A DNA stretch of 64,000 nucleotides from Chlamydiales bacterium (GCA_965206695.1 CBDBKM010000013.1:167961-231960), one strand, 5' to 3'. Counted from the stretch's first letter, positions 42,832 through 53,921 are shown. Notes: generated by a model from the letters alone, not told the origin. Numbers and translations are program-made.

Positions 42832-43002
42832 AACAGATATTACGAAAAATTTAATGATTGTAAGGATCAAATGTTAGATTTTTTAAGGAAACTTGCAAAT
42901 CCGATCAATAGCTATTCTGATCTCTTTAAAGGGCGAATGACAGATAATTTTAGAATGATTAGTCCAACTCAATTTGTCAATTCTTCAACTTAAATCAGTA
43001 TA
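42832..43002 (+). pseudogene. IS630-type transposase, C-terminal remnant
   Basis: NRYYEKFNDCKDQMLDF...RMTDNF resembles type B NNRFFNSAKEF...RINDHF; ends CAGTATA. Confidence 0.6.
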
Positions 43003-43074
43003 TTAGGAGTCTTTTAGTTGACAGTCTATATCACCCTTCTATAGATTAATCATTTTTATCAAAAAAGGTAACGC

Positions 43075-45137
43075 ATGACCAAGCGTTCTTATTCTAATAG
43101 GCTTAGAAGCGAAAAATCACCTTACTTATTACAGCACGCTCATAATCCTGTAGATTGGTTTCCTTGGGGAGAAGAGGCTTTTCAGTTAGCTCAGGAGCAA
43201 GATAAACCCATTTTTTTATCCATTGGTTATGCCACCTGCCATTGGTGTCATGTTATGGAAGAAGAGTCTTTCAATAATATTGACATCGCAAAACAGATGA
43301 ATGAAGCATTCATCAACATCAAAGTAGACAGAGAAGAACAACCCGAAATAGATAGTATCTATATGGAGTTTGCTCAGGCTATGACAGGGGAAGGAGGTTG
43401 GCCCTTAAATGTTATTTTAACCCCGGATCGCATTCCTTTTTTTGCAGGGACTTATATGCCTCCTATTTCTCGCATGGGAATGGTTGGGTTAACACAGCTC
43501 ATTCCACGCATTTTACAAATATGGAAAAGCCCTGAACGAGTTGGCCTAACCAATAAAAGTATTGAAATCATTGAGCTTTTTAAAGATCAAGAAGACTATT
43601 TCATCGAAGGCCTTCCAACTCTAGAACATATCGACAATGTCACCAAGCTCATCTATTCTATTGCCGATTCTATCCATGGAGGGATAAACGCAGAACCTAA
43701 ATTCCCAATGGCATATCATTTAAGTTTTATGTTGCGCCAGGCATCTTTAAGAGATGAAAGTCGAGCGCTTTTTTATGTTGAATTAACTCTTAATATGATG
43801 CACGCAGGAGGACTTTATGATCATCTTGGAGGTGGGTTTTCCCGATACAGCGTTGATACTATGTGGTTAATTCCACATTTTGAGAAAATGTTATATGACA
43901 ACGCTCTTCTTGCTAGAATTTACCTTGAAACTTGGCAAGTAACCAAGCTTCAGTGTTACAAAACAATTTGCACAGAAACCTTAGATTACCTTGTCAATGA
44001 AATGATGCATAAAGAAGGTGGTTTTTTTTCCGCTCAAGATGCTGATACGGAAGGCGGTGAAGGGTTATATTATACCTGGACAAAGGACGAAATCATCAAC
44101 ATCTTAGGTAAAGAGGACGGAAGGATTATTTGTCAATATTTTGGTGTTACGCAAGCCGGAAATTTTGAAGGTCGTAATGTCTTACACTTACCTTTTAACC
44201 ACAAACAACACATTCAATCAAGCCAACTCTCTAACGAGATTAACCTTGATAAAATTAAAAAAGCAAAAGCTAAATTACTCGCCCATAGGTTAAAAAGACC
44301 TCTTCCTTTTAAAGATGATAAGATTTTAGCTGCATGGAATGGCTTAGTAATCGGTATTTTTGCAAAGGCAAGCTACGCTTTTTGCAACCCTTTTTATTTA
44401 GAAATCGCCGAAAAAACAGTACGATTTATTAAAAAAAATATGTGGAGGGACAATACTCTTTTAAGACGTTGGCGAGATGGCGAAGCCAGATTCCCTTCGT
44501 GTCTAGATGAATATGCTTTTCTTATACACGGCCTAATCACCCTTTACGAAGTTACGGGGAAGATAGAGTGGTTAGAATGGACTGTTGAATTAACGGCTGT
44601 TACATCTGATACTTTTAGAAAAGAAGATGGTCCTTTTTATTTAAGCGGATTAGCCGGCACTGATTTAATTTTAAGGCGTTGTGATTTAAAGGATGGAGAT
44701 AAGCCTTCCGGCAATGCTGTTCATTGTGAAAATTTGATACGGCTTTATCAATTAACCGGAGAGGCAAGTTATTTAAATCAAGCTGAGTTAATTTTTACGC
44801 TCTTGCAATGAACATATCGAAAACCATCCTATACATTCATGTTATCTATTAATGGCTCTTCAGCGATTTTTTAGACCCAAATAAAGCCTATTTAGTCATT
44901 TCCCTAAATAAAGAAAAAGCCTATAAAAAAGAGATTCTTGAACTCTTAAACTCCCTTTTTACCCCCCATTTAATGGTCGCTATTAAAGATGAAGAGCAAG
45001 ATTACACCTCTTTTCCCTTCTTAGATATCCTTAAACCTATAGATAATCAGACCTCTTTATATCTCTGTAGGGAAGGCAGATGCGACCCCCCTATCACTAA
45101 AATAGAGAATATCATACAGGCTATTAATAGTTTATAG
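43075..45137 (+). pseudogene. YyaL/SPATA20-like thioredoxin-domain protein, two frameshifts near the 3' end (or sequencing errors)
   Basis: [32 protein letters not shown]; homology continues past the 44811 stop in shifted frames. Confidence 0.8.
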
Positions 45138-45164
45138 CCTATACTCTGAATATAAAAAATTTAA

Positions 45165-45193
45165 TTGACAAACAAGTGATTTTCCGATACAAT
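45165..45193 (+). promoter_or_regulatory. sigma66/sigma70-type promoter
   Basis: TTGACA-N17-TACAAT. Confidence 0.75.
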
Positions 45194-45219
45194 ATGACAT
45201 ACGTGTATGGAGGTTAGCT

Positions 45220-46443
45220 ATATTTTCACTTAGATCGTATGAAGACAAACATAAATCATATTGGGTCGAGGATACGGAAGAGCGTGATATAAAACGCAGT
45301 CAACCGTTCAACCCTAAAAAAATTGAGTATGAAGAGCCTATAAAACAGTACGCTTTTAAAAAACCAAAACCTTTTGAGATCAAGAAAAGCGCTTTACCGG
45401 AAAAGAAACCCACAAAAGATCTAAAAACGAAAACGCATGATAAAAAATCGGAAAAATATAGAAAGCCGGCAAAGTCAAGAAAGGAAAAGAGCAGAGAAAA
45501 AGGCGAAACTCTAGTCGACTCCTCTATCTTTGAAGAAGATATCTTCTCAAATTCGGAAGAAAAAAATGAAGACAAACCTAAACATCATTTCCGGAATCAA
45601 CATTTCACTATACAAGCTGCCATTGAGTCTATTTTTGACACGAACTTAATGATTACATTTATTAAAAATTTAGAGATAACAGAAGCAGATTACTTTGTCT
45701 GTGGTACTGATATCATAGAAAAACAGTTATTTAAAATTGAGAGAAGTGATCAAAGCACATGTTTAGTCGAAGTTTTAAAAAAGAGTAAGAGTTATCAATG
45801 CATTGGGTGCTTCGATTTAGAGAATACTTCTTTAGACGGCTGGGCATTAGCTAATGCTGACTATCGAGTGGAGACCCTAAAGCATTATAATTGGAAGATA
45901 TTCTCTGTTTACTGGAACCTCTTACAGAACTTTATTTTTTGCCATTTTGCAATTAAGCTAAACTTATATCAAATTATCGCATATTTAAGCGCACGCTTAC
46001 CCTCTAAAGAAGCCTTGTTTCTATTACAAAATGGAGAACTAAATCAAGATCTGCTTTTAAAAGCTTTTAAGCCCTTAAAGATTATTGATGATTCTATCAC
46101 TTTAAAAAAGCATCTTGTAAATCATCTAAACCAACCGATGGTACCGGCCTTTCTTTTTTTAAAAAATATCTTAAATAACGGAAACGATCCATATTTATTG
46201 ATTCAAATGGATACGACTAATGATATCTCCTATCAAGGAAGTATGCTGAATGCTAATCAACAAACAACTATTAGACAAAAAATCATTTTAAAATCACATG
46301 AAAATAAACCCTGCGTACTCTATTTTCATAATCAGAAAGATCAACTTTTAATTAGACGATTTTATAAAATAATATTTATAGATTCTCAATACATCAATGA
46401 TATAGATGAAAGCCTTCATCAATTTTTAAAAAAAGAAGTTTAA
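45220..46443 (+). CDS. Hypothetical protein, 407 aa, Lys/Glu-rich N-terminus; probable ATA start
   Basis: Frame open 143 codons upstream of the track ATG (45649); GGAGGT SD 5 nt before an in-frame ATA. Confidence 0.6.
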   Translation: MFSLRSYEDKHKSYWVEDTEERDIKRSQPFNPKKIEYEEPIKQYAFKKPKPFEIKKSALPEKKPTKDLKTKTHDKKSEKYRKPAKSRKEKSREKGETLVDSSIFEEDIFSNSEEKNEDKPKHHFRNQHFTIQAAIESIFDTNLMITFIKNLEITEADYFVCGTDIIEKQLFKIERSDQSTCLVEVLKKSKSYQCIGCFDLENTSLDGWALANADYRVETLKHYNWKIFSVYWNLLQNFIFCHFAIKLNLYQIIAYLSARLPSKEALFLLQNGELNQDLLLKAFKPLKIIDDSITLKKHLVNHLNQPMVPAFLFLKNILNNGNDPYLLIQMDTTNDISYQGSMLNANQQTTIRQKIILKSHENKPCVLYFHNQKDQLLIRRFYKIIFIDSQYINDIDESLHQFLKKEV

Positions 46444-46519
46444 ATTCATAAAAAGCTGCAATATACTAGTTTAGTAAAAACTGAAAAGATAATAAATAAT
46501 AATCACAAAAAACACTTCT

Positions 46520-46678
46520 AACCTAATAATTAAACTGATATAATGAATTAAAATACAATAATGTATTGATTGAACCTAATAATTAAACTGATATAATGAA
46601 TTAAAATACAATAATGTATTGATTGAACCTAATAATTAAACTGATATAATGAATTAAAATACAATAATGTATTGATTG
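46520..46678 (+). repeat. 3 x 53-bp perfect tandem repeat containing a promoter motif
   Basis: Unit AACCTAATAATTAAACTGATATAATGAATTAAAATACAATAATGTATTGATTG starting at 46520, 46573 and 46626. Confidence 0.95.
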
Positions 46679-46699
46679 AAATTATTTAAGACTGAATTT

Positions 46700-48067
46700 A
46701 TGGATATTAGTGTATTCGATCTATTCTCTATTGGTATAGGCCCATCAAGTTCTCATACTCTCGGACCTATGCGATCAGCTTATCAATTTATTCAAAGTAT
46801 TGAAGATATTACCCTCATTAAATCTATTAGAACCGACTTATATGGTTCTCTTGCGCTAACCGGAAAAGGCCACTGTACTGATATGGCTCTTATATTAGGC
46901 TTAGAAGGTCAAAAGCCGGATAAAATTCAACCTAATGAAATAGCAAAAATATTAGATAGAGTTAAAAATAATTACACATTACATTTAAATGGCTCGCATC
47001 CAATTACTTTTAATGAAGAAAATGATCTTATTTTCCATATGGATAAATTTCTACCCTACCATCCCAATGCAATGCGATTCACAGCAACAGATGCTTCCGG
47101 AAAAGAAATACACCAAGAAATATTCTATTCGATTGGAGGAGGCTTTTTTATTTCTCACCATGATATAGATAAAGAAGTGGTCTGTATCGGAGAAAAAAGT
47201 GCCCCCTACCCATTTTCTACCTGTGATGAATTATTACAGCATTGCGATAAGCACAATCTAACCATTGCTGAACTAATGCTCGCAAATGAAAAGGTCTTTC
47301 GTGATGAAAATAAGATAAAAGAACAATTGTTAGAAATATGGTCCGCTATGAAGCAATCAGTCGAAAATGGCTGTAAAAATGAAGGCATCCTTCCCGGTGG
47401 TCTGAATGTCAAAAGACGAGCTCCTGAACTATATCATTCCCTATTAGGAAAAGACGCTAGTCAAGACCCCGGACGTGTCATGGATTGGGCCAGCTTATTT
47501 GCTTTAGCGGTAAATGAAGAAAATGCTGCCGGTGGTAGAGTTGTTACATCTCCTACTAATGGAGCTGCGGGAGTCATTCCTGCTGTTATGCATTATTATG
47601 AAAAATATGAAAAAAACCCTCAAAAGAATTGGGTAATGAACTTTCTACTAACGGCAGGGGCTATAGGTATCTTATATAAGAAGAATGCTTCTATATCAGC
47701 AGCCGAAATGGGTTGCCAAGGAGAGATCGGTGTTGCCTGTTCTATGGCAGCCGGAGCATTAGCTGCTATTTCAGGAGGCAACAATAAGCAAGTGGAAATT
47801 GCTGCAGAAATTGGAATGGAGCATAATTTAGGGCTTACCTGTGATCCGATCTTAGGACTGGTTCAAATTCCCTGTATTGAAAGAAATACCATGGGAACAA
47901 TAAAAGCTATCAACGCATCTAGACTAGCTCTTCAAAGAGACGGTACCTCGCATATTGTATCTCTTGATCAAGTTATTGAAACGATGTATCAGACGGGTAA
48001 GGATATGCAATCTATTTATAAGGAAACCTCCAAAGGAGGCCTTGCTGTTAACGTAATCGAATGTTAA
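46700..48067 (+). CDS. sdaA: L-serine ammonia-lyase, Fe-S dependent
   Basis: [37 protein letters not shown]. Confidence 0.96.
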   Translation: MDISVFDLFSIGIGPSSSHTLGPMRSAYQFIQSIEDITLIKSIRTDLYGSLALTGKGHCTDMALILGLEGQKPDKIQPNEIAKILDRVKNNYTLHLNGSHPITFNEENDLIFHMDKFLPYHPNAMRFTATDASGKEIHQEIFYSIGGGFFISHHDIDKEVVCIGEKSAPYPFSTCDELLQHCDKHNLTIAELMLANEKVFRDENKIKEQLLEIWSAMKQSVENGCKNEGILPGGLNVKRRAPELYHSLLGKDASQDPGRVMDWASLFALAVNEENAAGGRVVTSPTNGAAGVIPAVMHYYEKYEKNPQKNWVMNFLLTAGAIGILYKKNASISAAEMGCQGEIGVACSMAAGALAAISGGNNKQVEIAAEIGMEHNLGLTCDPILGLVQIPCIERNTMGTIKAINASRLALQRDGTSHIVSLDQVIETMYQTGKDMQSIYKETSKGGLAVNVIEC

Positions 48068-48130
48068 CACTTGTCTAAAACTCTTCACATCCATAAAAAT
48101 AGTCCTTTTATTCTCTAATAAAAAGGCTTT

Positions 48131-49786
48131 TTGATGATGCAAGAAATCCCTCACTTATATACAGAACGTCGTAATTATCAGATTCCATTACCAAAAATTT
48201 TTGAAGATTTAAAATCTCTTTGCCTCAAAGAAGTTAAATCTGACAAACAAAAAGAAAATCGTATACAAGAACTCTTTCCCCATACTTTCTCAAAGCCTTT
48301 TTTAGAAATTGTTACGACGCGACGAAGTAATACAAAACCCAAAAAGGTAGGTGTCGTTTTTTCAGGTGGACAAGCTTCAGGTGGTCATAATGTCATTGCC
48401 GGCCTATATGATGCATTAAATAAACTAAATACAAACAACTCCCTTTTTGGTTTCTTAGGCGGCCCTAGTGGTATTATTGAAGGCCGGTATAAAGAATTGA
48501 AAAAAGAAGATATCGACCAATATCGCAATATCGGTGGATTTGATATGATCGGCTCCGGAAGAACTAAAATCGAGACACCGGATCAATTAAAAGCTTCATT
48601 GAAGACCATTGTGGAATTAAATCTCGATGGTTTTGTTATAATTGGTGGTGATGACTCCAATACCAATGCGGCAATTTTAGCTGAATTTTTTGAAAATCAG
48701 AATAAGAAAATCAGCGTTATCGGGATTCCCAAAACAATCGATGGGGATCTAAAAAATGAATATATTGAAATATCGTTTGGATTTGACACCGCTTGTAAAA
48801 TCTATTCAGAAATGATCGGTAATATTTTAACCGATGCTCTATCAGCTAAAAAATATTACCATTTTATAAAACTTATGGGAAGATCAGCTTCTCATATAGC
48901 TTTAGAATGTGCTTTTCAAACCCATGCAAATATTACCCTGATTGGAGAAGAAATTTCTGATAAAAAAATGACATTAAAAAATATCACTCATTATCTTTGT
49001 GATATCATTTGCAAACGAGCTGTACTAGGGAAAAATTATGGCGCTATATTAATTCCTGAGGGCTTAATTGAATTCATTCCGGAAATCAAACAACTCATTA
49101 GTGAATTAAATAAGCTTTTAGCCACGCATACTGATAAATTCAATGAAATATCTGATTTTGAAGAAAAAAAACGCACTCTACCGGAACATCTTTCAACTCC
49201 TTCTAAAGCTTGTTTAGATCAATTACCGAATGATATTGCAGAACAACTACTGTTAGATAGAGACCCCCATGGAAATGTTCAAGTCGCTCGTATCAATACA
49301 GAACAACTGCTTATTAAGACTGTGAGTATCGAATTAAAAAAACGTCAAAATGCCGGCAACTATTCAGGTAAATTTAGCGCCTTAGCTCATTATTTTGGTT
49401 ATGAAGGACGATCAGCTTACCCAACTAATTTTGATGCAAACTATTGTTATGGATTAGGATACTTAGCCACCATACTTATTAATGCTGAAGTTAATGGTTA
49501 CCTCGCCTGTTTAAAAAATCTTAAGGGGCCTGTCAATGATTGGCAAGCTTTTGGTCTCCCTATCAATACCTTCATTCACTTAGAAAAAAGACATGGAAAA
49601 TTAAAACCTGTTATTGAAAAGGCTCTCGTAAAACTAGACGCTCTTCCTTTTACTGAATTTGCGAAAATACGAGAGTCCTGGGCTTTAGAAGACCACTATC
49701 GTTCACCGGGCCCAATTCAGTATTTTGGGAATCGAACTCTAACTGATACAATCACATTCACTTTACAATATGAACAGAGTAAGTAA
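48131..49786 (+). CDS. pfp: Pyrophosphate-dependent phosphofructokinase
   Basis: SGGQASGGHN, GGDDSNTN, PKTIDGD, MGRSASH. Confidence 0.95.
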   Translation: MMMQEIPHLYTERRNYQIPLPKIFEDLKSLCLKEVKSDKQKENRIQELFPHTFSKPFLEIVTTRRSNTKPKKVGVVFSGGQASGGHNVIAGLYDALNKLNTNNSLFGFLGGPSGIIEGRYKELKKEDIDQYRNIGGFDMIGSGRTKIETPDQLKASLKTIVELNLDGFVIIGGDDSNTNAAILAEFFENQNKKISVIGIPKTIDGDLKNEYIEISFGFDTACKIYSEMIGNILTDALSAKKYYHFIKLMGRSASHIALECAFQTHANITLIGEEISDKKMTLKNITHYLCDIICKRAVLGKNYGAILIPEGLIEFIPEIKQLISELNKLLATHTDKFNEISDFEEKKRTLPEHLSTPSKACLDQLPNDIAEQLLLDRDPHGNVQVARINTEQLLIKTVSIELKKRQNAGNYSGKFSALAHYFGYEGRSAYPTNFDANYCYGLGYLATILINAEVNGYLACLKNLKGPVNDWQAFGLPINTFIHLEKRHGKLKPVIEKALVKLDALPFTEFAKIRESWALEDHYRSPGPIQYFGNRTLTDTITFTLQYEQSK

Positions 49787-49794
49787 CTCCCTAA

Positions 49795-51126
49795 TCAGAC
49801 GAAAGACAGCTCTTGTTGGTCTTTAATCGAAAGAGTTGCTATCGAGCAGCAAAGAGCAATTAAAATAAGATAGTAAGCAGGAGAAAACGGATCTTTCATC
49901 TTTTGCAATAAAAAAGTCGCAATTATAGGAGTTAGTCCCCCAAAGACAGCAAAAGCTATATTATAAGAAATAGAGACTCCGGTATAACGTACAGGAGTAG
50001 GAAAGAGTTCTATTAATGCAGCAGTAATAGGCCCCCAAATGCAAGCGGATAGTATTGAAAAAGACCCTAAAGATAAAAATAATAATCCTAAGGATTTAAA
50101 GCTCATCAACCATAATAGTGGATAAGAAAATACAATAAAACCTATAGACCCGAATAACATAAAAGTTTTTTTCCCTATCAGGTCACTAAGCCATCCCATA
50201 AATATAAGAGCACAGCCGAAGAATACAAGATTGATCGTATTTAAAACTGAAATATCCTTAGGGGCATACTCAAAAATTGTATATAAATAAGTTGGCATAT
50301 AAAGAAAGATCAGATTAACAGCAACAGCACCTAAAGAGACAAAAAATGTCCCTTGAATGACTTGACTGATATGAAACTGTAATATTTGACGAAGAGGAAT
50401 ACGAGAAATTTCCATATTAGATTTGAATGTTTCAAATACCGGAGTCTCATTAAGCTTTATTCTTAAATAATAGATCAATATTCCTAAAGGAAGAGAAAGT
50501 AAAAAAGGTATTCTCCAACCCCAATCACACATTTGTTGATAAGTGAGTATCGAATCCAAAATCGTTCTAACAAAAGAGGCTATCAAAATACCCATAAGGT
50601 AGCCGAAAATTAAAAGTGATAGGGTAAAACATCTACGTTTTACTGTCATATGTTCAGCTGCAAAAGTAACAGATCCGGGTATTTCACCCCCTAAGGATAG
50701 ACCTTGCAATAACCTTAAGATAACCAACAGTATTGTCGCTAAAATACCTACGTTTTGATAGATGGGCAAAAATCCGATTAAAAAAGTCGATAAAGTTGTA
50801 AGAAGAGCAGAAAGAACGAGCATATTCTTTCGACCAAGCGTATCTCCGAAATGACTAAAAAGAAGCCCTCCCAAAGGGCGAACCAGATATCCGATTGCAA
50901 AAACACTAAAAAATGTCATTAATGAAGCAAAACGATCTTGAACAGGGAAAAAAAGGTAGGCAAAATTCTTAGCAAAAAAAACATAAATAACAAAGTTATA
51001 AAATTCTAAAGCTGAACTTACCGAACATCCTATAACCACCTGTTTTTCCGGATTTGTTAATTTACCGGACTTGTTGCGTAATAAAAGTTGTATCAGTCTA
51101 GCTCGTTTTAAAAGTCCTTTAATCAT
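49795..51126 (-). CDS. MFS metabolite:H+ symporter (ProP-like)
   Basis: RPLGG..GDTLGRK, RLLQGLSLGGE, WGWRIPF, ELFPT.VRYTG. Confidence 0.9.
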   Translation of the reverse strand: MIKGLLKRARLIQLLLRNKSGKLTNPEKQVVIGCSVSSALEFYNFVIYVFFAKNFAYLFFPVQDRFASLMTFFSVFAIGYLVRPLGGLLFSHFGDTLGRKNMLVLSALLTTLSTFLIGFLPIYQNVGILATILLVILRLLQGLSLGGEIPGSVTFAAEHMTVKRRCFTLSLLIFGYLMGILIASFVRTILDSILTYQQMCDWGWRIPFLLSLPLGILIYYLRIKLNETPVFETFKSNMEISRIPLRQILQFHISQVIQGTFFVSLGAVAVNLIFLYMPTYLYTIFEYAPKDISVLNTINLVFFGCALIFMGWLSDLIGKKTFMLFGSIGFIVFSYPLLWLMSFKSLGLLFLSLGSFSILSACIWGPITAALIELFPTPVRYTGVSISYNIAFAVFGGLTPIIATFLLQKMKDPFSPAYYLILIALCCSIATLSIKDQQELSFV

Positions 51127-51709
51127 CTGCTTGCCTCTATATTGTTCTGAAAAAACGTATCAGAAACCACTAAAAATTTAAATCGCAACAAGTCTACTAA
51201 TTCCGGCTTTTATGTTTTTTTCATCAATAAAACTTTCCCGTGAAAATAATAGGATGCAGACATCTATCTATTAAAAATTACCGGAAAAGTGGTTAAGACA
51301 TATCAAATAGACTTAAAGTTTAGAGTGCGATTTTCTTATTCAAATTATGCAAGATAACAGTTAATTATATACCACTTCAAATAATCTAACGCAACTAAAT
51401 ATCTATGGCCATTTTCTCCTTTAAGACCAAAATTAATTAGACATATAAAAAAACCCTTAAAACCTATTCTAAATGCTATTGACAATATCATAGACCAAAT
51501 TTTATGATGCGTTTAACATCAATAATTAGATGCTTTTTTCCTCTTTTTATTTGAATACGAACCCATAATAAGGGTGTACAAATAACCCACGTTTGCTTTT
51601 TTTATTTAACTTTTTTTGAAAAAATGAAGGAAACTAATTATCTGGAAAAATAATCTTTGGTTCTCTATTAAATAAGAGTACTGTAATCCTACAACCTATA
51701 AAGGTGATA

Positions 51710-51937
51710 ATGAAAAACAATATTCCTAAGCAAGTAAAAAAAATATTAGACAATGACAACCATGCTTGCTATGTCTTAATTACCTGCGAAAAACCGTCAA
51801 AGGATGGACATATGAATGTTGAAATGACTTATGAAGGAGAAGTCGATTTAGCCGCCTACCTTATTAATACGGCGCAAGGCATCCTGGATGAACAGTTTAA
51901 TAGTGAATATACTGATGATGCTCAACGACTACCTTAA
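51710..51937 (+). CDS. Small conserved hypothetical protein
   Basis: CYVLITC...VEMTYEGE..LAAYL; AAGGT SD; 9 nt upstream of the peptidase. Confidence 0.6.
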   Translation: MKNNIPKQVKKILDNDNHACYVLITCEKPSKDGHMNVEMTYEGEVDLAAYLINTAQGILDEQFNSEYTDDAQRLP

Positions 51938-51946
51938 AAATTTACG

Positions 51947-53332
51947 ATGCCCTTTGATTTGAATCATTATCAAAAAGAGTTTTTATCCGGTTATAATCAG
52001 ATCGTCGAAGACTTTTCAACTTTTTTAAAGTTTAAAAGTATTAGCGCGGACCCTGTATATAAGCCACAATGTCATAAGTGCGTTGAATGGCTTTCTAACT
52101 ATCTTAAAAATTTAGGATTATCAATTGAACTTTGGGAGCCTGATGAGTATCCGGTCATATTTGCATCACATACAGAAGCCGGCCCCACCACACCCACTCT
52201 TTTAATTTACAATCACTATGATGTTCAACCTGCAGATCCCCTAGAGCTATGGAAGACACCACCCTTTGAACCATCTATTCGAGATGGAAAAATTTATGCA
52301 AGAGGAGCCTCCGATGATAAGGGACAGCTCTTTTATGTTATTACAGCGATTAAACTCTATTTAAAACGTTATGGTCATTTACCTGTTAATTTAAAGCTTT
52401 TAATCGAAGGACAGGAAGAAAGCTCTAGCACAGTTTTGTCAAAGATATTTATTACAAAGCAAAAAGAACTCAATGCTGACTTCTGCCTAGTTATAGATTG
52501 CAATATCCCTGCAGAAAACACTCCGGCTATCACCCTAGGAACTCGAGGTATCTGCCATTTATCCTTAGAGCTAACAGGCTCAAGCCTTGATCTCCATTCC
52601 GGTTTACACGGGGGTATGGTATACAATCCACTGCATGCTTTAGTCGAGATGCTAACCCTTCTTAGAGATAAAAAAGGTAGAATTTTAGTCCCGGGTTTTT
52701 ATGATGACGTTGTAGACCTTAATCACGAGCAAAAAAAAGCCTTTGATTTGGAATTCAACCAAATAGAATATGAAAAGCAATACGTAACCACAGCTATTGG
52801 TGGAGAGAATGATTATACTCCCATTGAATCTGCGCTTATTAGGCCGACTTTAGAGATTAATGGTATTAATGGGGGTTATACGGGAGAAGGCTTTAAAACC
52901 GTTATTCCGGCTAAAGCCTATGCCAAAATCTCAGCAAGGCTTGTACCTGACCAAAATCCGGAAAAAGTCATGTCCGGTATTATTAAATTTTTAGAGAACC
53001 ATAAACCTCCCGGTATGTCTTTAAGCTTCCGCTTAGATACAAATCCTTCAAAGGCCCTACGCTGCTCGCCTGATTCTCAAATAGCTAAAATTGTGAGCCA
53101 AGCCTATGAAGATGTTTTCCAAAAACGCTGCCTTAAAGTTCTATCAGGCGGCAGCATTCCTATCATTGCAGATCTATCACAAATTGTCGGTGCAGAACTT
53201 CTTCTTATGGGAGTAGGTCTTGATTGCGATGCTATTCACTCTCCAAATGAGCACTTTGGATTAAAGCGTTTTGAAAAAGGGATGTTAGTCATTATTCGCA
53301 TACTTGAAATATTCAACGAAACCAATACTTAA
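51947..53332 (+). CDS. M20 family dipeptidase
   Basis: HYDVQP, ARGASDDKG, EGQEE, HSPNE. Confidence 0.92.
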   Translation: MPFDLNHYQKEFLSGYNQIVEDFSTFLKFKSISADPVYKPQCHKCVEWLSNYLKNLGLSIELWEPDEYPVIFASHTEAGPTTPTLLIYNHYDVQPADPLELWKTPPFEPSIRDGKIYARGASDDKGQLFYVITAIKLYLKRYGHLPVNLKLLIEGQEESSSTVLSKIFITKQKELNADFCLVIDCNIPAENTPAITLGTRGICHLSLELTGSSLDLHSGLHGGMVYNPLHALVEMLTLLRDKKGRILVPGFYDDVVDLNHEQKKAFDLEFNQIEYEKQYVTTAIGGENDYTPIESALIRPTLEINGINGGYTGEGFKTVIPAKAYAKISARLVPDQNPEKVMSGIIKFLENHKPPGMSLSFRLDTNPSKALRCSPDSQIAKIVSQAYEDVFQKRCLKVLSGGSIPIIADLSQIVGAELLLMGVGLDCDAIHSPNEHFGLKRFEKGMLVIIRILEIFNETNT

Positions 53333-53697
53333 GATTTTGTTTCTTCTTTAGGACTTGTTCCGCAAAAAGCACAGAACTTCCATTTTTTTTCTATTTCCTG
53401 AGTGCATTTTTTACAAACAAGGTTATAGTCTGCATGCCATCGATCTTGCTTATGATAGAAAATTTGAAAGATGATAATAATAACAGGTACAGTCGTAGCG
53501 ACTTGCTTCACTAAAAAAATAAGTGAGCCTTCTTCATAAGCAGTGATACCCAAGACTCCAAATCCAATAGCTAATAAGATATTATAACTAATAGATAAAT
53601 CCCGTACTTCTTTATGAACATGGATTTTCCAAATCTGAAACCAATAGCTAATAGATAGAATCCCAATTGCTATCCATGAGACAACCTCTAACCACAT
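53329..53697 (-). CDS. PQ-loop/SemiSWEET-like 3-TM protein with a C-terminal zinc ribbon
   Basis: Three TM segments, QIWKI..KEVRDLS, CKKC...CAFCG. Confidence 0.65.
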   Translation of the reverse strand: MWLEVVSWIAIGILSISYWFQIWKIHVHKEVRDLSISYNILLAIGFGVLGITAYEEGSLIFLVKQVATTVPVIIIIFQIFYHKQDRWHADYNLVCKKCTQEIEKKWKFCAFCGTSPKEETKS

Positions 53698-53828
53698 AAA
53701 GCAGGTCCGTTAAGTTTAAAATATCGCACTTATTTTGACCTGTATCAAAGCACACCCTTTTTAGCAAAGAATAACACGTTCAATTGAAATATAATAAAAG
53801 GAAGAATATTAGATCAAAAAGAATCCAT

Positions 53829-53902
53829 TAGCGGCAGTCGGACTCGAACCAACGACACCCGGATTATGATTCCGGTGCTCTAACCAACTGAGCTATGCCG
53901 CC
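53829..53902 (-). tRNA. tRNA with CAT anticodon (elongator Met, or Ile2)
   Basis: GGCGGCATAGCTCAGTTGGTTAGAGC...TCATAA...GTTCGAGTC. Confidence 0.9.
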
Positions 53903-53921
53903 ATAAACTCATGAATAAAAA

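Noticed and set aside
45300..45575. 91-aa Phe/Ser-rich minus ORF
   Set aside because: Antisense shadow of the Lys/Glu-rich plus frame, which has the promoter and SD
46520..46678. CRISPR array
   Set aside because: Units are identical and contiguous with no unique spacers, and no cas genes are nearby
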